64,000 nt of DNA. Origin: Acidilobaceae archaeon. GTDB taxonomy: Archaea > Thermoproteota > Thermoprotei_A > Sulfolobales > Acidilobaceae. The notes beneath the pieces are model-generated. The model searched no databases and had not been told where the DNA came from. It was given only the letters and a program-made list of their open reading frames with translations. The DNA lies in NCBI GenBank assembly GCA_038824665.1, contig JAWBBK010000001.1:320001-384000 (forward strand), given 5' to 3'. Position numbers and translations under genes: made by a program. This document shows, piece by piece, positions 20,748-30,842 of the stretch; position 1 is the stretch's first letter; every line of letters begins with the position of its first letter.

Positions 20748-21260
20748 ATGATTAAGGTTAGACGCCTAAATAGAGACAGACAGAGCTTCTTAAAGAGTAT
20801 AGCCTCTAGCATTAGCGTCTTAATTCTAGGGCTTAAGTACCTGTTCTTCTCTTCTAGGTTCACTATCTTATATCCTGAGGAAAGGCCGGTTCATAGCTTC
20901 GGTTTCAGAGGTTATGTGCTTCTCGAGCTGACTAAATGCATTGGATGTAAAAGTTGCGAGAGAATCTGTCCAGCTAGCGCTATCGAGATGATGTCTGTAG
21001 CTGTAGACGAGAGAAGAGTAAGGTTAGCACCTCGGATCAATTACCAAAGGTGTATATTTTGTGGACTGTGTGTCGATGTATGTCCTGTAGAAGCTCTAAG
21101 TCATGCAAACAGGTTAGACCAGGTTTATGAAGGACTTGAAGAGATGGTTGTGAACCCAGGGGATAGTCCACTACGTCTATCTGAAGAAGGAGAGCCTAGC
21201 GTTCTCGTAGTTGATGAAAAAACAGGACTGGTTAAGGTGAGAGCTAAGTGGAGGCAGTGA
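20748..21260 (+). CDS. nuoI: Complex I-like subunit I (2x4Fe-4S)
   Basis: CIGCKSCERICP and CIFCGLCVDVCP; start trimmed to ATG at 20748 after SD GAGGTG. Confidence 0.94.
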   Translation: MIKVRRLNRDRQSFLKSIASSISVLILGLKYLFFSSRFTILYPEERPVHSFGFRGYVLLELTKCIGCKSCERICPASAIEMMSVAVDERRVRLAPRINYQRCIFCGLCVDVCPVEALSHANRLDQVYEGLEEMVVNPGDSPLRLSEEGEPSVLVVDEKTGLVKVRAKWRQ

Positions 21261-21733
21261 TACTCATAGCGGTTCTCTTAGCGCTTGTCTTGGGGCTCAT
21301 AACAGTGTCTTTAAGAGATCTGGTCTACTCCAGCTTGTCGCTCGCTCTCCTCGGGATAGCAACGGCTTCAGTGTTCGCTCTCCTCGGTTACAAACTTCCC
21401 GCTATATTGGTCATTCTAGTCTATGTTGGCTCAGCAGTGATGCTTCTAGTTGTCTCGGTCTCAATGATAGGCGGCGTTGAGAAAGAACCTAAGAACTTCA
21501 AGCTGGGCGCTACTACAGGTTTGGCAACGTTCGTTCTCTCGTTCATAATCTATTTGGAGTCTCGTGAAGTAGTGTCGAGAGGTCTTTTTGAGATTCGGTA
21601 TGTAGATGTAAGAGTTGTGGCTGAGCGTTTCGTGTCAGAACATCCCTATATAGTAGTCCTTCTAGCTCTGTCTTTGCTAGTTACAGCTATCGAAGGACTT
21701 CTGCTTCTACGATGGTGGGGTGTTAGGAGATGA
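21248..21733 (+). CDS. nuoJ: Complex I-like subunit J
   Basis: Hydrophobic; ILVYVGS motif; operon position. Confidence 0.88.
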   Translation: MEAVILIAVLLALVLGLITVSLRDLVYSSLSLALLGIATASVFALLGYKLPAILVILVYVGSAVMLLVVSVSMIGGVEKEPKNFKLGATTGLATFVLSFIIYLESREVVSRGLFEIRYVDVRVVAERFVSEHPYIVVLLALSLLVTAIEGLLLLRWWGVRR

Positions 21734-22023
21734 TAGACCATGTTGTAGCTTTTGTTGGATGTGTGTTGCTGGGTCTCGGAGCCTTTGGGCTAACTAGTTC
21801 AAACAATTTAGTGAAACAGCTCATCTCAATCGAGGTTGCTTTTAACGGAGCGCTGTTTTTAGTAGCGGCCTTTCTCAGTGGCAAGCCTGACTTCGCTACT
21901 CTCCTCCTCGTTTTGCTGGCTATAGTATCGACCAACGAGACCATAGTGCTTCTACTTCTCATCCTAGTTTATTACAGTCATGAAGGAACGCTTTCGGTAG
22001 GTGGTGAGAGCACATGGAAATAA
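21730..22023 (+). CDS. nuoK: Complex I-like subunit K
   Basis: Three TM segments; LISIEVAFN motif. Confidence 0.9.
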   Translation: MIDHVVAFVGCVLLGLGAFGLTSSNNLVKQLISIEVAFNGALFLVAAFLSGKPDFATLLLVLLAIVSTNETIVLLLLILVYYSHEGTLSVGGESTWK

Positions 22024-23582
22024 TCTCTTTACCTCTTCCTCTCTTCTGGCTTTCTCTCCTAGTGCCCCCTGTTATAGCCATGTTGATGGAGTTCCTGAGA
22101 TGGAGAGATGAAGTCCAGATCAGAGCTTTGGCATACATCTCCGCTCTGTTTCTAGCCATACCAAGCTTCATCTCGTTCTGGTACCTCTACATCAAAGGCT
22201 ACAGAGTCGTATATGACCCTCTCTTTATAGACCTGAAGGCTCAAGGATTTGGTTCAATGGGTCTCTTGGTAGACCGTTTGTCAGCTCCTATAGTATTTGG
22301 AGTCTCTTTAGTCACGGCTCTGGTCTCAATTTATAGCATCAAGTACATGAGACACAGAATTGAAGAGCTGGAAAGAGAAGGGGTTCAGGCTCATTCTATC
22401 ACAGTTTACTATACGTTCTATCTGGCTTTCGCATCATCAATGCTCGGAGTCGTGATGTCAACTAACATGATCGAACTTTACGTATTTCTCGAGCTCTCTC
22501 TCATTTCGTCCTTCCTACTGATAGCTATCTACGGTTATGGCGATAGAGTTGTGGTGTCTCTTATATATTTCGTTTGGACTCACATCAGTAGCTCTCTAAT
22601 ACTTTTAGGAGTGCTTTACTTTGGGCTGAACGTAGGTTCTTTCGATATCATCGATATCTCTACGTTATCCTACGTTACAGCATACTCTGAAGTCGAGCTG
22701 AAAGGTTTGGCAATGCTGGTTCCAATACTTTTCGTTCTGGGGTTGCTGATCAAGTTAGCGGCATTTGGGGTTCATGTCTGGCTTCCCTATGCTCATGCGG
22801 AAGCTCCCACTCCGGTCTCCGCTCTCTTATCGCCTAACATGGTCGGGCTAGCTGGTTATCTCCTGGTCAGGCCCGGTCTCCTGCTCTTGGGTGGAGCGTT
22901 AGAGACTTTGAGCACAATTCTCATAGCTGTTGCTTTCATCAGCATAGTGTTTGGCGGGCTATTAGCGCTTGGAGAGAACGACACGAAGAGGCTTTTAGCT
23001 TATTCGAGCGTAAGCCAGATGGGCTACATCCTTTTAGGCATAACGACTCTAACAGACTACGGAATCGCTGGAGCAATGCTACATTACTTAACTCACGCTA
23101 TAGGAAAGGCGATTCTGTTCATGATAGCCGGGATCTTAATAATGGAACTCCACGGACTTAGAAACATAGACAGAGCTGGAGGCCTGGCGAAGATCTATCC
23201 AATCACGTCAAGTCTAGCGGTCTACGGGTTTATACACCTAATTGGTATGCCTCCCGCTATGGGTCTTTGGAGCAAGCTCCTGATATTCTTTGGCTTGGTT
23301 AAAGCGTATTGGGAGTCTCCTGCCAAATTAGCAGCTATAGCGGTTATAGCCTGTCTGAGTTTTTTAGTTACGGTCTTCTACGCTACATCAGCTCTCTCTA
23401 GACTCTTCTTTGGAGAGCTGAAAGAACACTGGGATCATGAGGAGGAACTAGACGAACCGAAGGCATCTATATTAGTTTTAGCGTTAAGTGGGTTACTCTT
23501 CTTCCTCTTCGCCATCTTGGCCTCCGGACCTCTAGTTGAAGCATCTCATGAGCTTCTAAAAGCAGGAGGTGTAATGAGATAG
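22014..23582 (+). CDS. nuoM: Complex I-like antiporter subunit M
   Basis: HVWLPYAHAEAPTP and LLAYSSVSQMGY motifs. Confidence 0.9.
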   Translation: MEIISLPLPLFWLSLLVPPVIAMLMEFLRWRDEVQIRALAYISALFLAIPSFISFWYLYIKGYRVVYDPLFIDLKAQGFGSMGLLVDRLSAPIVFGVSLVTALVSIYSIKYMRHRIEELEREGVQAHSITVYYTFYLAFASSMLGVVMSTNMIELYVFLELSLISSFLLIAIYGYGDRVVVSLIYFVWTHISSSLILLGVLYFGLNVGSFDIIDISTLSYVTAYSEVELKGLAMLVPILFVLGLLIKLAAFGVHVWLPYAHAEAPTPVSALLSPNMVGLAGYLLVRPGLLLLGGALETLSTILIAVAFISIVFGGLLALGENDTKRLLAYSSVSQMGYILLGITTLTDYGIAGAMLHYLTHAIGKAILFMIAGILIMELHGLRNIDRAGGLAKIYPITSSLAVYGFIHLIGMPPAMGLWSKLLIFFGLVKAYWESPAKLAAIAVIACLSFLVTVFYATSALSRLFFGELKEHWDHEEELDEPKASILVLALSGLLFFLFAILASGPLVEASHELLKAGGVMR

Positions 23583-25825
23583 TGAAAGAGATTGTGCTAG
23601 CTCATCTAGCCTGGTTAGCTCCTATCATAGGCTCGACAATAGCTCTTGCAGGTTTACTTATCAAGATCAGGACCGAACGATTCTATTCACTCATAACATC
23701 GTTAAGTATTCTGATATCGGCTCTAGTTTCTACCTATTTGGCGACTCTTGTTCTAACTGGTGGAAAGCCGATCTTGGTTCCTGGTGTGACACTTCTTGAA
23801 GACTACGAGATCTCTCTCACTATGAGAGTTGACGGCGTCTCTGTCGTTATAGCCCTTATAGCTTCGTGGCTGAGCTTCATTATTTCTATTTACAGTATAG
23901 AGTACATGAAAGAGGAAAGAGGCTATGGGAGGTTCTTTGCTCTCCTATCACTATTTGTTGGAGGCATGATGTTGCTCGTCTTAGCCGACAGCTTGGTGAC
24001 TATGTTCGTAGGGTGGAAGATAACCGGGCTTTGTAGCTATGCGTTGATAAGCTTCTGGTATGAAAACCCTCCAGATAAGTGGGTGGGTAGACCAGGAAGA
24101 TATAGACTCGGTTTTCCTATGTTCTTCTCGCCCACAGAGAGCGGGGTTCGGGCGCTAGCTTTCACCATGGCTGGAGACGCATGGCTCATGACGGGGATAG
24201 CGGCTCTAGCGTACCTAACGGGAACCACGAGTTTGACCGAACTCTCCATAGGCTCTTGGATGTCAGGACTAGCAGAAGCGGGACTGCTAGTCCCTATACT
24301 ACTTTTCATTGTCATAGGGGCTCTAGCCAAAAGCGCTCAGTTTCCATTTCACGAATGGCTTCTGACAGCTATGACAGCTCCCACTCCGGTCTCGGCGCTG
24401 ATACATGCAGCTACTATGGTGAATGCAGGGGTCTACCTGTTTCTCAGAATAGTTCTCATTACAATAGAAGCTACAGCAAGAGAGGAGACGCTGAACGTTT
24501 TAGCTGGGGAGCTCTCTATCCTCTATTCACTTGTTCTTGTAATAAGCATACTTACTTCTATCTTCACGTCGCTGATAGCGTTAGCGGCTGACGAGCTTAA
24601 GGTAGTGCTGGCGGCGTCTACATCAAGTCAGTTAGGACTCATGTTTTCTTCGGCTAGCGTTGGCGGACTGTTGGCTATCAAAGGACGGCTGGACGAGGCT
24701 CAGCTCGCCTGTTTTGCTTCACTTCTTCATCTAGCCAGCCACGCTATATTTAAAGCGTCTCTCTTTTTGGCTTCAGGCTGGATCATACACTCGTCGCATA
24801 GCAGATTCCTAGACGGAATGAGAGGAGTTCTAAACAAGTCTAAGATCACAACGATAGCTTATGTTCTGGCTAGCGCTAGCTTGGCTGGAATACCTCCGAC
24901 TCTCGGATTCTTCAGCAAAGACGTGATCTTCCACGTTTTAAAGTTGGAAAGTTCGTCCCTTCTGTTCGTAGTCCTCTTCAGCTCAGCTATTACGTCTTTG
25001 TACGTAGGAAGAACTCTAGGATTGCTTCTGGGAAAAGCTAGCGACCAACATATAGATAAACATCACGAAGAAGGAAGACCTCTATTCATGATTACAGCTT
25101 ACTCATTCTTAGCCATCTTATCTTTAGCTCTCGGAACGCTCTGGCCTCTTTCCAGCAGGTTCATGATTACAGCTCTAGTCAGTTCTCAGACCAACGGATG
25201 TTGTATTAGACCTCATCTTAGTCTAGAACTCGCCACACTTTCGACAGCTCTCAGTGGAACACTTGTTTTGCTAGCAGCAGTACAAAGCTTTAGAGGTATC
25301 AAGGTCTTTCAGAAAGTCTTTTCAAGAGCTATTATTAGAAAGCTCTACGAGGTAGTTTATGACAGGTTTTTAGTTAGTCCACTTATTTACGCTCTTGTGG
25401 GAACTCTAGGCCGTAGCTTTTCTCTAGTAGCTGGGCTGCTACACAACTTTGTAGCCTATCCTACTCTTACTTTAATTATATGTCTTACAGAGTTTGGAAG
25501 AATTAAGATATCTGGAGCTTTAGTAGATAGATCAACAACCAAAATGAACAGATTTTTAAATTCCTTATATAAGCTTCATTCAAAGAGCACGCTGTTGTCA
25601 GGTCGAGAAGCCGTTTGTCTAATGTTTTCTTGTGTTGATATCCACAATGTCCACCTTAGGCTAGACAGGACATATCATAGTATGCTCGTATCTCTCGCTA
25701 GAACGTCAAGTGGCGTTCTCAGGTCGTTAGTTCAAAGAGGCGACTCTCCTTATTTGGTTGGAGCATATATTCTGTCGGTCCTGGCGATAGTCATAGTTCT
25801 TCTAGTGATAGTCATAGACCTTTAG
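23582..25825 (+). CDS. nuoL: Complex I-like antiporter subunit L (with C-terminal insertion)
   Basis: KSAQFPFHEWL..AMTAPTPVSALIHAATMV and HAIFKASLFL motifs. Confidence 0.93.
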   Translation: MKEIVLAHLAWLAPIIGSTIALAGLLIKIRTERFYSLITSLSILISALVSTYLATLVLTGGKPILVPGVTLLEDYEISLTMRVDGVSVVIALIASWLSFIISIYSIEYMKEERGYGRFFALLSLFVGGMMLLVLADSLVTMFVGWKITGLCSYALISFWYENPPDKWVGRPGRYRLGFPMFFSPTESGVRALAFTMAGDAWLMTGIAALAYLTGTTSLTELSIGSWMSGLAEAGLLVPILLFIVIGALAKSAQFPFHEWLLTAMTAPTPVSALIHAATMVNAGVYLFLRIVLITIEATAREETLNVLAGELSILYSLVLVISILTSIFTSLIALAADELKVVLAASTSSQLGLMFSSASVGGLLAIKGRLDEAQLACFASLLHLASHAIFKASLFLASGWIIHSSHSRFLDGMRGVLNKSKITTIAYVLASASLAGIPPTLGFFSKDVIFHVLKLESSSLLFVVLFSSAITSLYVGRTLGLLLGKASDQHIDKHHEEGRPLFMITAYSFLAILSLALGTLWPLSSRFMITALVSSQTNGCCIRPHLSLELATLSTALSGTLVLLAAVQSFRGIKVFQKVFSRAIIRKLYEVVYDRFLVSPLIYALVGTLGRSFSLVAGLLHNFVAYPTLTLIICLTEFGRIKISGALVDRSTTKMNRFLNSLYKLHSKSTLLSGREAVCLMFSCVDIHNVHLRLDRTYHSMLVSLARTSSGVLRSLVQRGDSPYLVGAYILSVLAIVIVLLVIVIDL

Positions 25826-25838
25826 GAGGTATGTCGTT

Positions 25839-27179
25839 ATGAAAGAGCTACTACTTGTAGTCATATACGCTAATATTGCGTTTTCTCTAGCAGTGCCTCT
25901 TCTAAGTCATTTCAGCTCGAGATCAACAGTCTTGTGGACGGCTTCCATTCTACCTCAAGCGGCCACTCTTGCCTTTCTCTTCACAATTATAGCATTGGGA
26001 ATCGACACAAAGGTTGGAGCACTGAACTTTGAAAGAAGCTATGTTCTCCTGGCCGCGTCAACTGCTCTCGGTTGCGTCATCTCAACTCTAGCTATAGGAC
26101 TTTCAGCGTACGTTTGGCTAAGTCATCCTGGCATTTATAGCTTGTTGCCGTTAACACTCTTCGGATTGGTATATCTAGCTATGAGGTCCAACCAGTTAAC
26201 GCTCTTAGCCGCATGGCTTCTGATCGCGATATCCAGCTATGTCATAATTGCCCTTCCTGGAGACAGGGCTAGCGTAAGAGCTGCAACAATGTACGGAATT
26301 GTCGGAATGTTGTCAACGCTTCTGCTGATCTTAGGGATCTCGCTGAGCGTTCTCTTAGCTGAATCAGGAGGAGAACTTCTCTCCTTAGCTGCTTCTGGAA
26401 CGTTCATTGCAGCTTTTGGTCTCAAGCTAGGACTCTTCCCTTTCCATTGGTGGATACCTCAGGTCTATGGAAAAGCTGACGGAAGACCTATTGCAGTCCT
26501 AGCTAGTGCCTATAAACCAGCAGTAGCGGCTGCTTTGCTCTATGTCTTCTCAGAAGTGATCCCCCAAACCGTGGCATCCCACATGTCCTATGTCCTTCTC
26601 TTGTTAGGCCTAGCTAGCATTACTTACGGCAATGTAGCGGCTTTCGTTGCTTCAGGGCTTCCTGATCTTCTGGCTTTCAGCAGCATCGCTCATGCTGGGT
26701 ACATGGTTGTAGCTATAGCTACAATCATTGCTGTAGACGAACTAAACATAACTAAGCTAGCTACGGTAGGACTCGTCCTTTTGGCGTTCACAATAGCATC
26801 TACCAAGCCTCCGCTCTTTGTTTTAACGTCGTCGGTGGGAAGGAGCATAAGTGACCTCAGCAAGATTTCATGGAATAACGCGATAGGTGCTTCAATAGTT
26901 CTGCTGACTCTGAGTCTGTTAGGCATACCTCCTCTGTTGGGGTTCTGGGGCAAGCTACTGATAGTAATGGCTGTGGTTAGCTTATCACCTTTAGCTGCAG
27001 CTGTGATTCTAATTAACATAGCAACAAGCTCTGTATACTATCTGAGACTCGCTTTCTCGGCTTTGAGAAGTAGCGAGGATCGCTTAGAGCTAGAGGCTCC
27101 CTTAAAGTCAGCTCTTGTACTCTCGGCTTTAATAAACGTTCTTGGGCTCATAGCGGCCTTAGCAGTCTATAGTCTTTAA
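25839..27179 (+). CDS. nuoN: Complex I-like antiporter subunit N
   Basis: KLGLFPFHWW.P.VY, LAFSSIAHAGY and GIPPLLGFWGK motifs. Confidence 0.92.
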   Translation: MKELLLVVIYANIAFSLAVPLLSHFSSRSTVLWTASILPQAATLAFLFTIIALGIDTKVGALNFERSYVLLAASTALGCVISTLAIGLSAYVWLSHPGIYSLLPLTLFGLVYLAMRSNQLTLLAAWLLIAISSYVIIALPGDRASVRAATMYGIVGMLSTLLLILGISLSVLLAESGGELLSLAASGTFIAAFGLKLGLFPFHWWIPQVYGKADGRPIAVLASAYKPAVAAALLYVFSEVIPQTVASHMSYVLLLLGLASITYGNVAAFVASGLPDLLAFSSIAHAGYMVVAIATIIAVDELNITKLATVGLVLLAFTIASTKPPLFVLTSSVGRSISDLSKISWNNAIGASIVLLTLSLLGIPPLLGFWGKLLIVMAVVSLSPLAAAVILINIATSSVYYLRLAFSALRSSEDRLELEAPLKSALVLSALINVLGLIAALAVYSL

Positions 27180-27518
27180 AAGAGCTGTCAGGAAAGTCTT
27201 AGGGTCTTCTAAAAATATCTTGATTAGCCTATCTGAATCGAGTTCAGTTATGTCTATACCTTCCAGCTGAGACAAAGCGCTCTTAATAATATCTCCCAAT
27301 ATATGCTCTATGCATGCTTTATTACCATCACAAAATCGGAAAAGCGAATCTCTGAAACACTCTGGTTTCGTTATGAGAGCTCGAGCTAAATTACATCCAC
27401 ATTTCATATTTGAGATCATCTCAAGCCTTAAGTAGAGTCCAGAATACTTAGTACACATACAGCTCAAAAGGAGAACAGAAACTTTAAGTTTCTTCTCATC
27501 ATCGTTCAAAGTGAGCAT
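27159..27518 (-). CDS. Hypothetical Cys-rich protein
   Basis: 119-aa ORF with SD-like GAGGG; AT-rich; convergent overlap with the nuoN end. Confidence 0.6.
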   Translation of the reverse strand: MLTLNDDEKKLKVSVLLLSCMCTKYSGLYLRLEMISNMKCGCNLARALITKPECFRDSLFRFCDGNKACIEHILGDIIKSALSQLEGIDITELDSDRLIKIFLEDPKTFLTALLKTIDC

Positions 27519-27592
27519 CCCTCTGAGCTAAGCTTCTCCTAAACAGGAGTCACGAATGACTATAGTTATGAGCTAGACGAAGCTAAGGAACC

Positions 27593-28225
27593 TCATGATA
27601 AACGGTTTATTAGGCTACGGTCGCGTAGAGAGTTAAGAAAAGTTAAAGCCAGAGAGAGAGCCAGGAGCATTGAAGACAGCATTAGAGCTTCAAACAGCGT
27701 TAGTCGTTCATAATCTAAAGTCTTTCGACTTACTTCTACTTCAATAACTTGAGACGAGGGTCTCGCTATAACTATGAGAACAGTCCCGGCGTCGAGTTCT
27801 TCCGAAAGCAAAACTTCATTTCCATCGGCTCTGATCAGCGTGAGGTTTCCAAGTCTCTTTATAAAACTCACCGCGGTTTCTAGACTGCTTAGCGAGCCCC
27901 AGAAATAAAAGACCCCTCCGCCTACGTCGGTGCGCATTGAGAGGTCTCTGATAGCTTCTGACGTGAGCAAAAGCCTCATAAATTCTCTAGGATCTGTTCT
28001 TACCAAGCCTGTCAAAGCTCCGCTAGCTCCTCTAAGCTCTAGTTTCACCTGTGATTTCGTTGAGATAGAGGAAAAGGCTACTATGACGGCCTCTCCCTGT
28101 TCAGATGTAACCGTTAGCTTGTATGTGCTTTCGAGATCGACTCCGAAGAAGAACGCTATTATACTAGACAGCAGAATAGCTAGAGCTATCACTATGAGCA
28201 GTCTAGAGAGCAGGAAGTGTCTCAT
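27593..28225 (-). CDS. Hypothetical membrane protein (N- and C-terminal TM), ABC operon accessory
   Basis: ATGA overlap with the permease stop; two terminal hydrophobic segments. Confidence 0.75.
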   Translation of the reverse strand: MRHFLLSRLLIVIALAILLSSIIAFFFGVDLESTYKLTVTSEQGEAVIVAFSSISTKSQVKLELRGASGALTGLVRTDPREFMRLLLTSEAIRDLSMRTDVGGGVFYFWGSLSSLETAVSFIKRLGNLTLIRADGNEVLLSEELDAGTVLIVIARPSSQVIEVEVSRKTLDYERLTLFEALMLSSMLLALSLALTFLNSLRDRSLINRLS

Positions 28226-28977
28226 TTGGGCTCAAACCTCCTACTGAAATAAAGAACAGCTACGATCGCGAGAAATACAGCTCCAAACGGTATTAGAGCG
28301 TATTGCCAAAGTTGGGGCTCAGCTCCTCTTGTGTTTTGATACACTATATCGGGGAGGCTAAGAGCTGAGCCGAAGTCTACGAGAAACTCGATGTCTCTAG
28401 CGGTTCCGATGAGTGGTAATACTGCGTTGAGAGCTACAACTATAAAGTATGCTGTGACTCCAGCTATAGCGCTTACAGCTTGACTCTTAACCAATAGAGC
28501 GATAAACAAGAAGAGAGATCCATAGAATAACGCTTGAATCAGAAAAGCCAGGTAGAACAGAGCTATTCTCTTCAACTCGTCTAACATAGTCGTCTTTAGA
28601 GTGATCAAAGCCGTTAAGAGAGGGACAAACAGCATTAGAGCTGAAGGCAATAAGACTCTGCTAATTAACAAGACTAAAAACACTCCAGGTCTGGATAAAG
28701 GATAGGACATATATAGACTCATGATGCCGGACTCGGTGAGAGAAGCGACACCTGTGGTGCTTCTAGCTGCGAGGAAGATGACCAGAGCTAGAAGAGTGGG
28801 ATCTAAGACCCCTCTGGAAAACGATGCTGGGTCAGTTACCGGTTGTACAGAGACTATTACTGCTCCAATAGCAGCCACGATCGTTAAAAGTATATCTATT
28901 CCAGGCGGTCTCAAGACCTCGTTAGCGTCTATAAAGAACAGTTCTACAAGACCCCGTAGAAGAGAGCCTTTAGCCAG
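28222..28977 (-). CDS. ABC-2 type exporter permease (start extended to CTG at 28977)
   Basis: Six TM segments; ESG..SLYMSYPLSR motif; downstream of the ATPase. Confidence 0.85.
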   Translation of the reverse strand: MAKGSLLRGLVELFFIDANEVLRPPGIDILLTIVAAIGAVIVSVQPVTDPASFSRGVLDPTLLALVIFLAARSTTGVASLTESGIMSLYMSYPLSRPGVFLVLLISRVLLPSALMLFVPLLTALITLKTTMLDELKRIALFYLAFLIQALFYGSLFLFIALLVKSQAVSAIAGVTAYFIVVALNAVLPLIGTARDIEFLVDFGSALSLPDIVYQNTRGAEPQLWQYALIPFGAVFLAIVAVLYFSRRFEPK

Positions 28978-29863
28978 CTTTGATCATCTCCTCTATAGAG
29001 ACTCCAGCCAAATCAACGCTAAGGATTGTCAATCCGGACCTAGCGATCGAGGCCAAAGCTTCCAGCAGTTGAGGGTATTCGCTGTAGTCGTTTAACCTAA
29101 CTATCACTGAAAACCCTTCCTGTTCTACTAAAAAGCCCTGATCGGCTAGAGCTGAGGCTAGAGCTTCAGGGTCTGGAGCTCTGACTCTTGCCAATGAGGC
29201 TTTCTTCAAGATCTCGCTAGGAGAACCTGACGCTACAGTCTTGCCTTTGGCTAAAGCCACTATTCTATTGGCTACGTTCACCACCTCGGCTATGATGTGA
29301 CTTGATATGAGAAAAGATATCCCTTTGTCTTTGTTGAGTTCCGCTATTAGTTCTAAAATCCTTCTTCTCTCGAGGGGGTCTAAGTTGCTAGTAGGTTCAT
29401 CGGCTATGATGAAGTTCGGTTCGGCTACGAGAGCGTGAGCTATAGCTGCTCTCTGTTTGAGTCCTGCACTAAGTTCTTCAAAAGTCTTTAGCTCATGCCC
29501 TTCTAGCCCAGCTAGCTTTATCGCTTCTCTAACGGAAGCTCTCGATGAACCATATATTCTAGCTGCTCTCTCTAACAAGTCCGCTATTCTGATGGAGTTT
29601 GGTAACATAGGTCTTTCGAAAACCACGCTAACGCCCTCTCTAGCCCTATAGTCCAAGAAGGGATCACGTCCGTTGAGAAGAACTGTTCCAGAGTCTCTTC
29701 TCAGAAGCCCTAGAGATATCTTTATGAGCGTAGTCTTTCCGGTCCCGTTGGGACCTACGAGCCCTACTATTTCTCTTGTAGACACCTCGAGGCTCGCTCC
29801 TCTTAAAGCCTTTATGTTACCGTAGCTCTTCTCAACGTCTTGAGCTATCAATATCTTAGCCAA
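28970..29863 (-). CDS. ABC exporter ATP-binding protein
   Basis: GPNGTGKTT, LSAGLKQR, IIADEPT and SSH motifs. Confidence 0.95.
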   Translation of the reverse strand: MAKILIAQDVEKSYGNIKALRGASLEVSTREIVGLVGPNGTGKTTLIKISLGLLRRDSGTVLLNGRDPFLDYRAREGVSVVFERPMLPNSIRIADLLERAARIYGSSRASVREAIKLAGLEGHELKTFEELSAGLKQRAAIAHALVAEPNFIIADEPTSNLDPLERRRILELIAELNKDKGISFLISSHIIAEVVNVANRIVALAKGKTVASGSPSEILKKASLARVRAPDPEALASALADQGFLVEQEGFSVIVRLNDYSEYPQLLEALASIARSGLTILSVDLAGVSIEEMIKAG

Positions 29864-29985
29864 GCCTGAATCCCATCTCTCTTACGAATTCTGTTAAATA
29901 GCTTTCAGCTAGGTACAGCTTTTAAGGGTTCTCGAAGGCCTAGAGTCCGACAGCTAGAGTTTGTTGGTAGTTGGGGCGAGCCAAT

Positions 29986-30832
29986 ATGAGGAGACTCTAC
30001 GTATCTCTAGATGCAGAGGGTCTACCTGGAGTTTTTCCATCCTTCTCAGCTGAGTCCTGAAGGTAGACTCTTTAGGGAACTTCAAACGCTTATGAGAAAG
30101 TTTGTAGAAGCAATAGCCGAAGAGTCTAGGAACCTTGGATATGATGAGATTTGGGTAGCTGATAGTCACGGATTTATGGGTAACGTAGAGTACGTCGAGT
30201 TACCCGATAACGTCGTTCTCATAAGAGGATTTCCGAGACCTATATCGATGGTTTATGAGGTGGACAAAGGATTTGATGCCGCAGTCTTCATAGGCTATCA
30301 CCCCAAAGCTGGCACGGTTTACAGAGTTCTGGACCATACGTATAGCGGTAGAGTCTTTTCAGACATCAAGATCAATGGGGTCTCTGTCAGCGAGTTCTAT
30401 ATAAACGCTATCGTGGCCGGCTACTACGGCGTTCCTTTAATCTTAGTGGCAGGAGATGACAAGCTGAAGACGGATGTGGAGAGCGTTGCTCCTTGGGTGG
30501 TCTACGTGGTACTTAAAGAAAGCGCGTCTAGATACTCTTCTGTCTCGAAAAGTCTCAACAAAGTGTTAGATGAAATAAGAAAAGGGCTAAGAGAAGCTGA
30601 CAAGAGGTTAAGAGCAGGTGAAGCTAGTCCGCTTAAGATAGAGGGACCTTTTCTTCTAGAACTAACCTTCAGAAGACCGGACTATGCAGAGATCGCTGAA
30701 CTCTTGCCAGGAGCCAAGAGAGTTACCGGCTATACGGTTGCTGTTGAGGTACGAAATCCTATCGAGATGTACAATGTTTTAGACTTATTAGTGCTTGACG
30801 CATTCGGTCTGGACTCTTTGCTTCGAAGCTAG
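29986..30832 (+). CDS. dppA: D-aminopeptidase DppA (peptidase M55), with an extra base at T5 30032-30036
   Basis: ATG at 29986 gives MRRLYVSLDAEGLPGV (DxEG metal motif) in a different frame from ADSHG, FIGYH and LDHT; removing one T joins them. Confidence 0.85.
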
Positions 30833-30842
30833 AGTTCATTTC

